Source of the DNA: Escherichia phage T4
Sequence record: NC_000866.4
Strand: one strand, 5' to 3'
Length of the DNA stretch: 64,000 bases
Shown: positions 11,039-20,611 of the stretch, in pieces
Numbering within the stretch: position 1 is the stretch's first letter
Layout: every line of letters starts with the position of its first letter
Made by a program: the position numbers and the translations under genes
The notes under the pieces: generated by a model
What the model saw: the letters and a program-made list of their open reading frames with translations, nothing else
Database searches by the model: none
What the model was told of the DNA's origin: nothing

Positions 11039-11785
11039 TTATCCTCGGATAAGTTTAAAAATTGAACAATTTAGCGGATATCCTCTTTTCAGTTTAAGTT
11101 TATCAATAAAAGACAAATTTTGATACCGCTCTACACCTTGAATAATTTTATCACACATATCATATTGCATTTCTGCTTCTGACAACTTTTTCACAATTTT
11201 CCAATCCGAGCCTTTAAGAAGAACGTTCAATTTAACAACTTCAGCGCCTTCTGCTATGCGAGAACCATCAATACGTGCTTTAAGTGCTATAATTCTCAGC
11301 TTAATGTCAGAGGTCTGTTTTGATTTAGAAAGCTGAGAAATGTGTTCAATTCGATTTTCACGTTTTTTCTGTATAGCTTTAATTTGATTATAAGTCTTTT
11401 TGATTTTAGCCCATTTCTTTTCATCTAAATTTAGTTTATGAACTTTTTTCGCAGATGAACGACCAATTCGCAAAGCAAATAAATCACGCTTTTCAATCAA
11501 CTCTTCTAAAGTATAATCAGAACGAAATGTATTATACTTTTTCTTTACTGCAATAACATTCCCTTTAATGTATCCAACGTTATTATCAAAACGTTCTAAT
11601 GATAATTTCTCTCCTTCAATACGATTATCAAAAGGTTCTCCCGAGTAAGCACAAACTTTTTGATCTAAAATGTTCTTAATGTAATTGAAGTCTAAGTTAA
11701 AATCTTTAGAACGTCTTTTTGCAGATGCCTGAGTATGCTCTAAACGACGTTTAATTTTACGAATTTGGTTATTAGACAGCTTCAT
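11039..11785 (-). CDS. srd: 248-aa basic protein, probably Srd
   Basis: 248-aa lysine/arginine-rich ORF at the srd position. Confidence 0.55.
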   Translation of the reverse strand: MKLSNNQIRKIKRRLEHTQASAKRRSKDFNLDFNYIKNILDQKVCAYSGEPFDNRIEGEKLSLERFDNNVGYIKGNVIAVKKKYNTFRSDYTLEELIEKRDLFALRIGRSSAKKVHKLNLDEKKWAKIKKTYNQIKAIQKKRENRIEHISQLSKSKQTSDIKLRIIALKARIDGSRIAEGAEVVKLNVLLKGSDWKIVKKLSEAEMQYDMCDKIIQGVERYQNLSFIDKLKLKRGYPLNCSIFKLIRG

Positions 11786-11907
11786 ATTTTTCTCACATCT
11801 TACGGACGGTTAACTACTTATACTATAACATTTTTACTTTAACTTGTAAACAACTTTATGAAAAATGCTTTAAAACTTTCATGGTATAATGAATCTAAGT
11901 CCTTCCA

Positions 11908-12510
11908 TTATAGATTAAATCCTTCAAAATCAAGAGTATAGATAGTGTATGTTGAACACTTTTTATACTCATATCTATCTGCAATTCTAAATACACTTCC
12001 AGCTGGTATCATTACTTCTTGTTCATCTGAAACTAATTCCATATTACGATAACGATGACTATCCGGAAACTTAAAGTTTGGATTGTATTCTTTACAGCGT
12101 AGAGCTTTTATAGCATACTCCTGGAAATTGAATACCATAGGAGCTTTGAATTCAAAAATAACTTGTGTGTTATACTCTAAACCAGAAGCAAAATGTAGAG
12201 CTATATTTTTATCATATGAAGCTGATACGACTTTATCAAATGTAATAATATCAATTCCTTGATTTAATACTTGTTTAGTCTCAGCTGGAACACCTCTCCA
12301 AAGAGGTTTATCGTTTGGAACCAAACGAGATTTGATTATTTCATTTAACCAAGAATGGTCATCTGGTTTATTAGTAATACAATGAATTAAAAGTTCAATT
12401 TCAGATAAATTAAACCCTTCAGAAAGTAATTCTTCACGAATAGAAGCACGCACCGATGCATCCATTGATTTTATTTTAAAATCTTTTAGTTGCATTACTG
12501 AGTATTTCAT
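11908..12510 (-). CDS. modA: ADP-ribosyltransferase ModA
   Basis: 200-aa ORF, paralogous to the adjacent 207-aa ORF; synteny and length. Confidence 0.78.
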   Translation of the reverse strand: MKYSVMQLKDFKIKSMDASVRASIREELLSEGFNLSEIELLIHCITNKPDDHSWLNEIIKSRLVPNDKPLWRGVPAETKQVLNQGIDIITFDKVVSASYDKNIALHFASGLEYNTQVIFEFKAPMVFNFQEYAIKALRCKEYNPNFKFPDSHRYRNMELVSDEQEVMIPAGSVFRIADRYEYKKCSTYTIYTLDFEGFNL

Positions 12511-13130
12511 TCAACTACCTCAATATCATAAACTTTAAATGTTCCAAATGAATCGTGTAATTTTTCTTTTGAAATAGAAGTTATTTTATACTTTCCAATT
12601 GGAATCATCCATTCTTGTTCACGCACAATCATCATTAAGTTATCAGTACGCTCTGAATCTAATCCATCAGTATCTTCATACGTGTACTTAAACTCAGTAT
12701 TAGGAGAAGAAAGTATAATATCGCTGATATGGTCAGAATAATTAAAAGCTTTATCAGTTTTTAAACGAAGTATTGTTTCAGTGAAATATTCAGCATAAGA
12801 AAAAGAACACGCTGTATGCAAACTAGTAGTAAATGAATCTACCCTGTTCGTTGAAAACACTTCTCCAACTTGTAAATCTTTAATGAGTTCTTTTGTCGAT
12901 TTTGATATACCACGATATAATTGATAAGGCGATTTAGTTAAATGCTTTTTAATGATTTCATTTAAATGCTTATGAAGAGCTTCATTCTTTTTGGCTTCCA
13001 TACATTGCCAAAGAACAGACTGCTCAAAGTCAGTAAATTTTTCACAGACCTTTTTATACATATCATATTGAAAATCAACGCTTTCAGCTTTTATAGATAA
13101 CTGTTCAACATCTGCAAGATTAATAATCAT
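12507..13130 (-). CDS. modB: ADP-ribosyltransferase ModB
   Basis: 207-aa ORF, stop overlaps the modA start. Confidence 0.78.
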   Translation of the reverse strand: MIINLADVEQLSIKAESVDFQYDMYKKVCEKFTDFEQSVLWQCMEAKKNEALHKHLNEIIKKHLTKSPYQLYRGISKSTKELIKDLQVGEVFSTNRVDSFTTSLHTACSFSYAEYFTETILRLKTDKAFNYSDHISDIILSSPNTEFKYTYEDTDGLDSERTDNLMMIVREQEWMIPIGKYKITSISKEKLHDSFGTFKVYDIEVVE

Positions 13131-13197
13131 GATAGCCTCCGTATACTTCAGAAGCTATCATATCATCGTTAGAAAGGAAAGTAAACAACTTTTTGAA

Positions 13198-13380
13198 TTA
13201 TTTTGCCCAGGGAGCCCAAGGCGGAGGGTCAAGATGGTATGAAGCTAGTTCTTCTAGAAGAGCATCTGGGGCTTCAATTCCATAATTCTGTAATACTATA
13301 CGGTACTCTTTCTTATAATCACTAGAATCATTCTGGTTATTCGTAGAATGATTATCTTCTAACATCTCAAATAAATCCAT
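13198..13380 (-). CDS. hypothetical small protein
   Basis: 60-aa ORF. Confidence 0.5.
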   Translation of the reverse strand: MDLFEMLEDNHSTNNQNDSSDYKKEYRIVLQNYGIEAPDALLEELASYHLDPPPWAPWAK

Positions 13381-13388
13381 ATTAATTC

Positions 13389-13859
13389 CTAGCGATAAAA
13401 ACCAAATTTACGATTAGTTTCAATGATCTTTCTTTCTTCTTCGGACATTCTCCAGCGTAGTCCAACATCAAAATGAGCCCAGACCATCCTAACAAATGCA
13501 TTTATATCTTTAATATCTTCAATAATGAATGTTTTACTTTTAGAAGGTTGACTCGCTAATTTAACTTTATCGTCTTCAAACATGTCAAAAAGACCATATT
13601 CATGAGCTCTTTTATAGCCTTTAATAGTTAAAGCTTCAGAAGAAGAAAATGGTGAATCTGTATTCTGCAAAATATCTTCAGTATGCTTTATAATTAGAAT
13701 AATATTTTCTGGATATTTTCTTTCTTTTATATCTTTAATTAAAAAATCCGGATTTTCTGCTAAAGGAATAATTAATGAGCAATTTTTATCAAGTGTATTT
13801 ACTGATTTACCTTCTTTAGACATAAATTCTATTGAATATAATTTTGCTACTTCAATCAT
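13389..13859 (-). CDS. hypothetical protein
   Basis: 156-aa ORF. Confidence 0.6.
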
Positions 13860-14017
13860 GTGATTTCCTTTTGCCTACTAATGGACCGTCAGGAATTTTA
13901 TTTTCCTGGATATATTTCTCATTTTCTTCCATCATTTTACTGCCAATTTTAAGAAGCAAATCCATTGCTTCATTTGCTTTTGCTTTAGCTTCTTCTAACG
14001 TCATATCTTTGTTCATG
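13857..14017 (-). CDS. hypothetical small protein (about 54 aa)
   Basis: By-eye translation [42 protein letters not shown]...; stop overlaps next ATG (ATGA); below the ORF-track size cutoff. Confidence 0.4.
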
Positions 14018-14216
14018 ATTTATCACCATAGATGTCTCTCATCAATTTAAGCGCTGAGCGTTCTAGTTTCTTTTCTTTCTCAGCACTAATCATTGATTTC
14101 ATCCATTCTTCTGATTCATTCTGCATTTCTTTATTTGCTTGTTCAACCCAACCGTCATCAATATACATTGAGTTTGGTCTATTGAACCATTCAAGCATCT
14201 TCTTCAGAACTTTCAT
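14013..14216 (-). CDS. hypothetical small protein
   Basis: 67-aa ORF. Confidence 0.5.
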
Positions 14217-14688
14217 TCGTTTTACCTAAAACAATAGTAGGAGCATCGTCAAATTTATGAATTTTTAGCAAATTTGGATTTAAATTATTCCATAAAGAGG
14301 TAATAAAATATGATAGCGCACTTTCGTCCGTAATTATAAATTTATTTCCTTTATCTATTTTCCAATCATATATTGAATCATATGAATAGAAGGATAACGG
14401 TTTATTATTATAATATGCTTCAGCAACATCAATATAGTTAGATTTAGTAAATGCTTGAATTGCCATAAATGGAGAATTTTGTACAGTTTCAATAATTCCG
14501 ATCTTTTTAAGTTTTATTTCAACATCTTCTGGAATTGGCATTGAAATAAAATCTTCTACTAGATACATATTATTGTCATATCTTTTATCAATCATTACTG
14601 CTACAGTAATTGGAACATCCTTGACAAACGCCATACTAATACTATTGATAGACATTTCAAACAAAATTGCTTCCATAATTTTCCTCAA
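14191..14688 (-). CDS. hypothetical protein
   Basis: 165-aa ORF. Confidence 0.6.
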
Positions 14689-15026
14689 TCACAAGATGTA
14701 GATGAACAACTAGAATCACAAGAACTTCCACATGAATCACCTGCCCATACATGAACAGGAACATTAGTATCATATGAATCAGAACTAGACTGTGTATTCT
14801 GTGTGTTAGATGATGTAGTAGGTGTTGACCAGCGCCAAGGATTTTTATAATATTCTTGGGCTTCTTCATAAGTCATAGTAACTGCTTCTACTGTTCCATC
14901 TCCCATATAAACATATTCAACTACAGTTAAAGGAAGGTAGTCATTTGAAATAGGAACTACACCTTCCCCAGGAGTTGTAGAGAAAAAATCCGTAAAGAAA
15001 CTTTTAAACCAATTAAAGATAAACAT
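14685..15026 (-). CDS. hypothetical protein with Cys/Ser-rich C-terminus
   Basis: 113-aa ORF ending ...[18 protein letters not shown]. Confidence 0.55.
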
Positions 15027-15232
15027 TACAAAAAGCCTCTTTTGAATTCGACTTGCTTCTCACCATAATCATATCGAATCTCTACATTAAATTCGACAGA
15101 ACCATCTGCGTACATCATAAATGAATGCACAACAACTTCTGTAGACCATGGTTGTAGTTCATATTTCTTCATTACATGTCGTGAAATGATAATATCTAAA
15201 TCTTCATTTGGTTTAATCCAACGATTTAACAT
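15026..15232 (-). CDS. hypothetical small protein
   Basis: 68-aa ORF. Confidence 0.55.
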   Translation of the reverse strand: MLNRWIKPNEDLDIIISRHVMKKYELQPWSTEVVVHSFMMYADGSVEFNVEIRYDYGEKQVEFKRGFL

Positions 15233-15258
15233 AGTACTCTCCTCTATAAGATAATTCT

Positions 15259-15288
15259 ATTATACCATACTCATTTTGGAAAGTAAAC
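15259..15288 (-). promoter_or_regulatory. early sigma70-type promoter
   Basis: Minus strand GTTTACtttccaaaatgagtatggTATAAT. Confidence 0.6.
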
Positions 15289-15304
15289 CATTTAAATGAA
15301 AAAA

Positions 15305-15322
15305 GGACTCCCGAAGGAGTCC
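15305..15322 (-). terminator. GC-rich hairpin with UUCG tetraloop downstream of soc
   Basis: ggactcc-cgaa-ggagtcc inverted repeat directly after the soc stop. Confidence 0.6.
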
Positions 15323-15330
15323 TTGAGTTA

Positions 15331-15573
15331 TTAACCAGTTACTTTCCACAAATCTTCATTTGCAGCAATCCATTCAGTACGTTGATTTTCTTCATATACT
15401 GTAGAATATGCTGCTTTTTCTGAAGGGAATGTCTGGTAATGAGCGCCAGAAATTTTGTGAACGTCAGAATAAAGAGGGAAAGCTACAGAAATTTCCTTTC
15501 CTTCAATTTTCTTATTTCCATCTAATTTCTGCTCAAATGTTTTGATATTAACATAACCGCGAGTACTAGCCAT
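15331..15573 (-). CDS. soc: small outer capsid protein Soc
   Basis: 80-aa ORF MASTRGYVNIKTFEQKLDGNKK... Confidence 0.93.
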   Translation of the reverse strand: MASTRGYVNIKTFEQKLDGNKKIEGKEISVAFPLYSDVHKISGAHYQTFPSEKAAYSTVYEENQRTEWIAANEDLWKVTG

Positions 15574-15603
15574 GTAATTCTCCTTTATTTAAATTACATG
15601 ATT

Positions 15604-15611
15604 ATTTATAC
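15604..15611 (-). promoter_or_regulatory. late promoter motif TATAAATA upstream of soc
   Basis: Minus strand TATAAATA about 25 nt upstream of the soc SD/ATG, inside the 3' end of the segF ORF. Confidence 0.55.
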
Positions 15612-16295
15612 ATCTTCTTTTCTGAATAAGTAAATTAAATTCTTAAGAGCCGAACTTGTTACATCATATTTTCCTTTAAGCGCCTTTACAACCGGGCCTG
15701 TTGCTGGTTTACCTAAAGAAACCCATAACTCGTGTATTTCGCTTTTAAGTGGTTCATGCCAATGCGGTGCTTTTCTTTGCGCCCTTGAAGTTCCTTCTGA
15801 AATCTTTTTATTTCCGCCATTCGAATAAAACTTTTTCATTACTTCAGATTGCCGAGCTTTTCTTTCTGCCCTATTTTGGGCTATACGTTGTGAATTCTTC
15901 ATCCGAGTTTTTGTTTCAGGATTGTTTAATCTAAGTTTATGTTCTAATCGTTGTTGCTCAGTCCATTTTCTTCCTTCTCCACCCTGACCACCAGGAGAAA
16001 TATTAATGCAAGTATCTGGGTGTTTACGTTTTAATGCAGATATTAGCTCACGTTCAACTTCATATGATTTTTCTCTAGAACCATGGCATTTTGACCATCG
16101 TATTTTATAATTAAATCCATACTTACGATATATGTTCCATAGTATTTTACCTGAACCCGGATATTTATCATTATATGGATTTACAATAAATGATTCATGT
16201 TTCCCAGCGTACCAAAAGACGCCTTTCGGCGTCCTAACTTTTACTATATATGTTCTATAAAATTTTTGTTTAATATCCATTATCTTGACGTTCAA
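15606..16295 (-). CDS. segF: GIY-YIG-type homing endonuclease SegF
   Basis: 229-aa ORF with an N-terminal GIY-YIG-like region (YIVKV...YAGKH); sits between 56 and soc. Confidence 0.75.
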   Translation of the reverse strand: MNVKIMDIKQKFYRTYIVKVRTPKGVFWYAGKHESFIVNPYNDKYPGSGKILWNIYRKYGFNYKIRWSKCHGSREKSYEVERELISALKRKHPDTCINISPGGQGGEGRKWTEQQRLEHKLRLNNPETKTRMKNSQRIAQNRAERKARQSEVMKKFYSNGGNKKISEGTSRAQRKAPHWHEPLKSEIHELWVSLGKPATGPVVKALKGKYDVTSSALKNLIYLFRKEDV

Positions 16296-16785
16296 AATTA
16301 TGTTTGTTCTTCAGATAATAAAGTTTAAAGATTTCTTCCGCATTCATTCCAAGGCCAACAAACATATTTAATACGAAATGAAATATATCCACAAGCTCAA
16401 ATTTAATTTCGAGCTGGTCTTCGGGGGACATTTCATCAATGCGTTTTTCTTGCGCTTCAATATAACGTGCTTTCCATTTTTTCCATACAGCAGAAGCTTC
16501 TTTTTCACCACGTGACATTTCACCAAGAGAAGTCAGAAGTTCGCGGAATTCATCATCAATACAGTCTTTTTGTTCACGCATCCAAGAAACAACATCACCG
16601 GCAGTTTCTAATTTATCTGGATGATAGCAGTATTCGCGGACATTAGCCAAACGAATCTGTAAAAACCGCTGCATATCAAGCATAACTTGCAGCGGATCTT
16701 TTTCATCACCGAGAATATCCCAGTATTCATTTTGAGCTTTATCAACACCTTCGATCAAATGAGCACATTCATTAAAGTGAGCCAT
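16270..16785 (-). CDS. 56: dCTP pyrophosphatase gp56 (MazG-like)
   Basis: ORF MAHFNECAHLIEG...; ORF-track start is TTG, ATG at 16783-16785 gives 171 aa; stop overlaps the segF start by 26 nt. Confidence 0.88.
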   Translation of the reverse strand: MAHFNECAHLIEGVDKAQNEYWDILGDEKDPLQVMLDMQRFLQIRLANVREYCYHPDKLETAGDVVSWMREQKDCIDDEFRELLTSLGEMSRGEKEASAVWKKWKARYIEAQEKRIDEMSPEDQLEIKFELVDIFHFVLNMFVGLGMNAEEIFKLYYLKNKHNFERQDNGY

Positions 16786-16845
16786 TAGTTTTCCTTTCAA
16801 TTCATTAATAAGTTAAATAATTATATCATTTGAGTATGTAAGCAA

Positions 16846-17634
<789 letters not shown>

Positions 17635-17737
17635 TCATTTATTGCAGCAAAAATGAATTATACAATTCTTCATCATATGTATTTGATAGTAATACTAACA
17701 CGTTTTGCGATAAATATTAATTTAAAGGAGGATATAT

Positions 17738-17938
17738 ATGGTACAAAAATTAATGGCACTTGTTAATGCCATAAAAGGTAATAAGAAACGTATAGCTTTT
17801 ACTATTTCTACTATGGTAGGAATTTTACTCTGGAACTTTATTTTATCACCTGTTGCAATTGCACATGGTGTTAATATTCCAGTAGTTACTCTTGATACAT
17901 TCGTAGATTTAGCATTTGCTTTAGTTGGGTTAATTTAA
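17738..17938 (+). CDS. hypothetical small hydrophobic protein, 66 aa, opposite strand to all neighbours
   Basis: ORF-track plus-strand ORF in a 309-nt intergenic gap; strong SD (AAAGGAGG) 6-8 nt before the ATG; late-promoter-like GATAAATA about 20 nt upstream; two hydrophobic segments. Confidence 0.45.
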   Translation: MVQKLMALVNAIKGNKKRIAFTISTMVGILLWNFILSPVAIAHGVNIPVVTLDTFVDLAFALVGLI

Positions 17939-18963
17939 ATCTTAGCATATTTAGATAGCCGCATTTTAGCCATTAACCCCTGGGCAATATTATTTTTCAT
18001 ATATTCCATAATTTGTTCAGGGGTTGCACCTTCCTTTCTAATCATATCATTAACATCTTTTGATTTCCAGGGAGATTTATCCCAAAACATAACCCTTTCT
18101 CCTGCATCAACTAATTTAGTCATTCGTTTAATAGTGTCAGGGTGACGAGGTTCATTATCTAAGACCCACACACGTCTATCTTTAAATGGAACAACTTCTA
18201 GGTCTAATTGACCGCCCGTAATAGCTATACCATTTTCAATAAAAAGTGAATCTATAGGTCCTTCTAGAACATATACATCACCATCTTTAACTCGTTCGAC
18301 TCCATAGATTTTTGTTGCCTCAGGATAAGCTTCGATGGTGATATATTTTTGAGGAGCATCTTTCTTTAATGCACGTCCTTGAAAAGACTCAGCTTTTCCA
18401 TTAGCATTATAAATTGGAATAACAAGACGAGGCTCAGAAATTTCCTTTTTGTATGTTCCCGGTGCTATGCTATTAACTAATTTAGGCCATTCGGTTGTAA
18501 ACCAAAGATATTTCCATTTATCCTTTGGAATACAACGAGCTTTTACGTATTTTATAATTGGATGGTCTTCCGCCAGTTTATCTAATCTAACACATGACGG
18601 AAGAGATTTAATTATTTTCTTCTCGGGTTGTTTAGGAAGTTCTTTAGGTTTTTCTATTGGACGACTTTTACCTTTTTCTTTTCTTATTTCAAAGATATAC
18701 TCACGATATAAATCGGGTTCAAACTCCTTTAAATATATTCCGATTGGTGCATGATAGTTACAGTTATAACAATGAATATTTCCTTCATTATTATCACCAT
18801 AATACCATCCACGGGCTTTATTCTGGTCGGTTTTTGAATCTCCACAAACAGGGCATCTAAACCGTAATTTAAAAGTTGAACTATTATTTACTTGTGTGAA
18901 TTTAGGTAAATGAGCTAATGCACGGTATGCAAACTCATTATCAATCCAAGGTATTGATGACAT
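17935..18963 (-). CDS. 61: DNA primase gp61
   Basis: 342-aa ORF with an N-terminal zinc-ribbon (CPVCG...CYNC) and TOPRIM-like region. Confidence 0.93.
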   Translation of the reverse strand: MSSIPWIDNEFAYRALAHLPKFTQVNNSSTFKLRFRCPVCGDSKTDQNKARGWYYGDNNEGNIHCYNCNYHAPIGIYLKEFEPDLYREYIFEIRKEKGKSRPIEKPKELPKQPEKKIIKSLPSCVRLDKLAEDHPIIKYVKARCIPKDKWKYLWFTTEWPKLVNSIAPGTYKKEISEPRLVIPIYNANGKAESFQGRALKKDAPQKYITIEAYPEATKIYGVERVKDGDVYVLEGPIDSLFIENGIAITGGQLDLEVVPFKDRRVWVLDNEPRHPDTIKRMTKLVDAGERVMFWDKSPWKSKDVNDMIRKEGATPEQIMEYMKNNIAQGLMAKMRLSKYAKI

Positions 18964-18965
18964 TT

Positions 18966-19130
18966 TTACTCTTCTTTTTCTTTAGATTCCTCTTTTTTCT
19001 TTTTAGGAATCTGTTCAGGACCTTTATTTACTACAGCGCCTGATGTTGTTCCAATAGAGATATTTTCAGGATTACCACCTGAATCTCCAGCGACCATATC
19101 TTCTTTGATAAATTCTTTAAATGTTTTCAT
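18966..19130 (-). CDS. hypothetical small acidic/basic protein (about 54 aa)
   Basis: By-eye translation MKTFKEFIKEDMVAGDSGGNPENISIG...KKKKEESKEKEE; stop sits 2 nt before the gene 61 ATG. Confidence 0.4.
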   Translation of the reverse strand: MKTFKEFIKEDMVAGDSGGNPENISIGTTSGAVVNKGPEQIPKKKKEESKEKEE

Positions 19131-19131
19131 A

Positions 19132-19758
19132 TTAACCTCTATTCATAAAAGCATTAAAAATTTGGTCATCAATAGAAACATTTACTTTAGGCTGTTTTTC
19201 AGATGGCAATTCATATCCACATATTACAATTTTATGATCAATATCAAAATACACAGAAGCAATATGATTAATGATATTTTCAGTAAAGTCTAAATCAACA
19301 TCAATATCTTTTTGACCAAAGCCCAAAGGATAAATAATGCGAGTAATTCGATTATCTTTAACAAAGATTCCACCGACATACTCTGTGCTGCGTTTAAAGT
19401 CTACACGCCGACGAAATGAAAAATATTCAGGCTCTTTATGAGCTCGGCTCATAGGACACAACGAATAACTAGAATAAGAGATGTCAAATCCTACGCCTTC
19501 AATATGAACTAAATTGTCATGATTAAACCAATTATAATCATATGCCAAGTCCATTAGATTGTCATATGTGAAAAGCACCGGATTAACATCATTGGTCACA
19601 AGCATATAATTAGCAACTGCTATAATTTCATTATTTTTAACGAATACAAACCGTGATTGATGCGAATGGCCTGGACCTGCGTTTTCACGATTAATGATAT
19701 AACACTGGGCACCTTTATATTTGTACGTGTCTTTACACTTGTGCATTTGATAAAGCAT
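19132..19758 (-). CDS. hypothetical protein at the 61.2 position (possibly the anti-DarT factor AdfA)
   Basis: 208-aa ORF; assignment by synteny and from memory only. Confidence 0.55.
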   Translation of the reverse strand: MLYQMHKCKDTYKYKGAQCYIINRENAGPGHSHQSRFVFVKNNEIIAVANYMLVTNDVNPVLFTYDNLMDLAYDYNWFNHDNLVHIEGVGFDISYSSYSLCPMSRAHKEPEYFSFRRRVDFKRSTEYVGGIFVKDNRITRIIYPLGFGQKDIDVDLDFTENIINHIASVYFDIDHKIVICGYELPSEKQPKVNVSIDDQIFNAFMNRG

Positions 19759-20051
19759 TATTCACCTACCACTTCAGCGATGATATTTTTGTTATTAAAG
19801 TTTTTATCGCAATACAGAACATAATTATACTGCATTACACCACCAGACTTAAGCTGTTTTTGCACTTCAGCTTTCATTTCAGGACGATCACGCTTAACGA
19901 TATTCATAATATCTGCTTCAATTTGAGTTTCAACCTCAGTCTGATCCGCAGTCATAGACCATTCGCACAAATCTTTATCATAACCTGCCATAGCAGGCTG
20001 AGCAGCACAAGAAGCTAAAGCAAAAATTGTAGCAAAGATGAATTTTTTCAT
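19758..20051 (-). CDS. predicted lipoprotein
   Basis: 97-aa ORF with signal peptide and lipobox (MKKFIFATIFALASCAAQ...). Confidence 0.65.
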   Translation of the reverse strand: MKKFIFATIFALASCAAQPAMAGYDKDLCEWSMTADQTEVETQIEADIMNIVKRDRPEMKAEVQKQLKSGGVMQYNYVLYCDKNFNNKNIIAEVVGE

Positions 20052-20111
20052 GATAATCTCCTCAGTAGTTTATGTTTATATAGTATCTCAATTTCCAACA
20101 AAAGTAAACAG

Positions 20112-20411
20112 TTATTTTAAAATTTCTGCGTAATCACATGTTACAAACTGTTTCTCTAACTTGACGATTTTACGAAAGTATCTTTTGCATTGGCGAATCT
20201 GCCTCTTCGTAGGGCGAACAGCAAACTTAATAAATTCCACTCGACCAAATGGAGGGCTTTCTTCTGCTGGAATATCTAACACCAATTCCCACGTATCTGC
20301 AATAAGTGCTTTGAATTGCGTATTTTTCCTGACGTTATACGGAGTAGGTTTAAATAAAACAATATGCATATTATCCTCGGCAATCCACTTCACATACTTT
20401 CTTGTCATCAA
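20112..20411 (-). CDS. small basic protein at the 61.4 position (possibly TifA)
   Basis: 99-aa ORF with a basic C-terminal region (KRQIRQCKRYFRKIVKLEKQ); assignment from memory. Confidence 0.55.
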   Translation of the reverse strand: MMTRKYVKWIAEDNMHIVLFKPTPYNVRKNTQFKALIADTWELVLDIPAEESPPFGRVEFIKFAVRPTKRQIRQCKRYFRKIVKLEKQFVTCDYAEILK

Positions 20412-20553
20412 TGAAAGCTTTAACTAATGCTTTATTAACTTCAGCATATTGAGTAGTAGCCCATTGAACGTCATCTTTCATCATTGTGATTTCTTTAGTA
20501 AACATGCTTTCATTCTTAAACCACCCCATAAAAACTACCTTTACCAATTCCAT
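20371..20553 (-). CDS. dmd: Dmd, antitoxin against RnlA/LsoA
   Basis: 60-aa ORF MELVKVVFMGWFKNESMFTKEITMMKDD... matches Dmd. Confidence 0.88.
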   Translation of the reverse strand: MELVKVVFMGWFKNESMFTKEITMMKDDVQWATTQYAEVNKALVKAFIDDKKVCEVDCRG

Positions 20554-20582
20554 AACAATCTCCTCATTTAACCGACAAGACT

Positions 20583-20611
20583 ACTATACCATAGTCTTGT
20601 CAGCTTGTAAA
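20583..20611 (-). promoter_or_regulatory. early sigma70-type promoter upstream of dmd
   Basis: Minus strand GTTTACaagctgacaagactatggTATAGT within a 13-bp inverted repeat. Confidence 0.55.
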
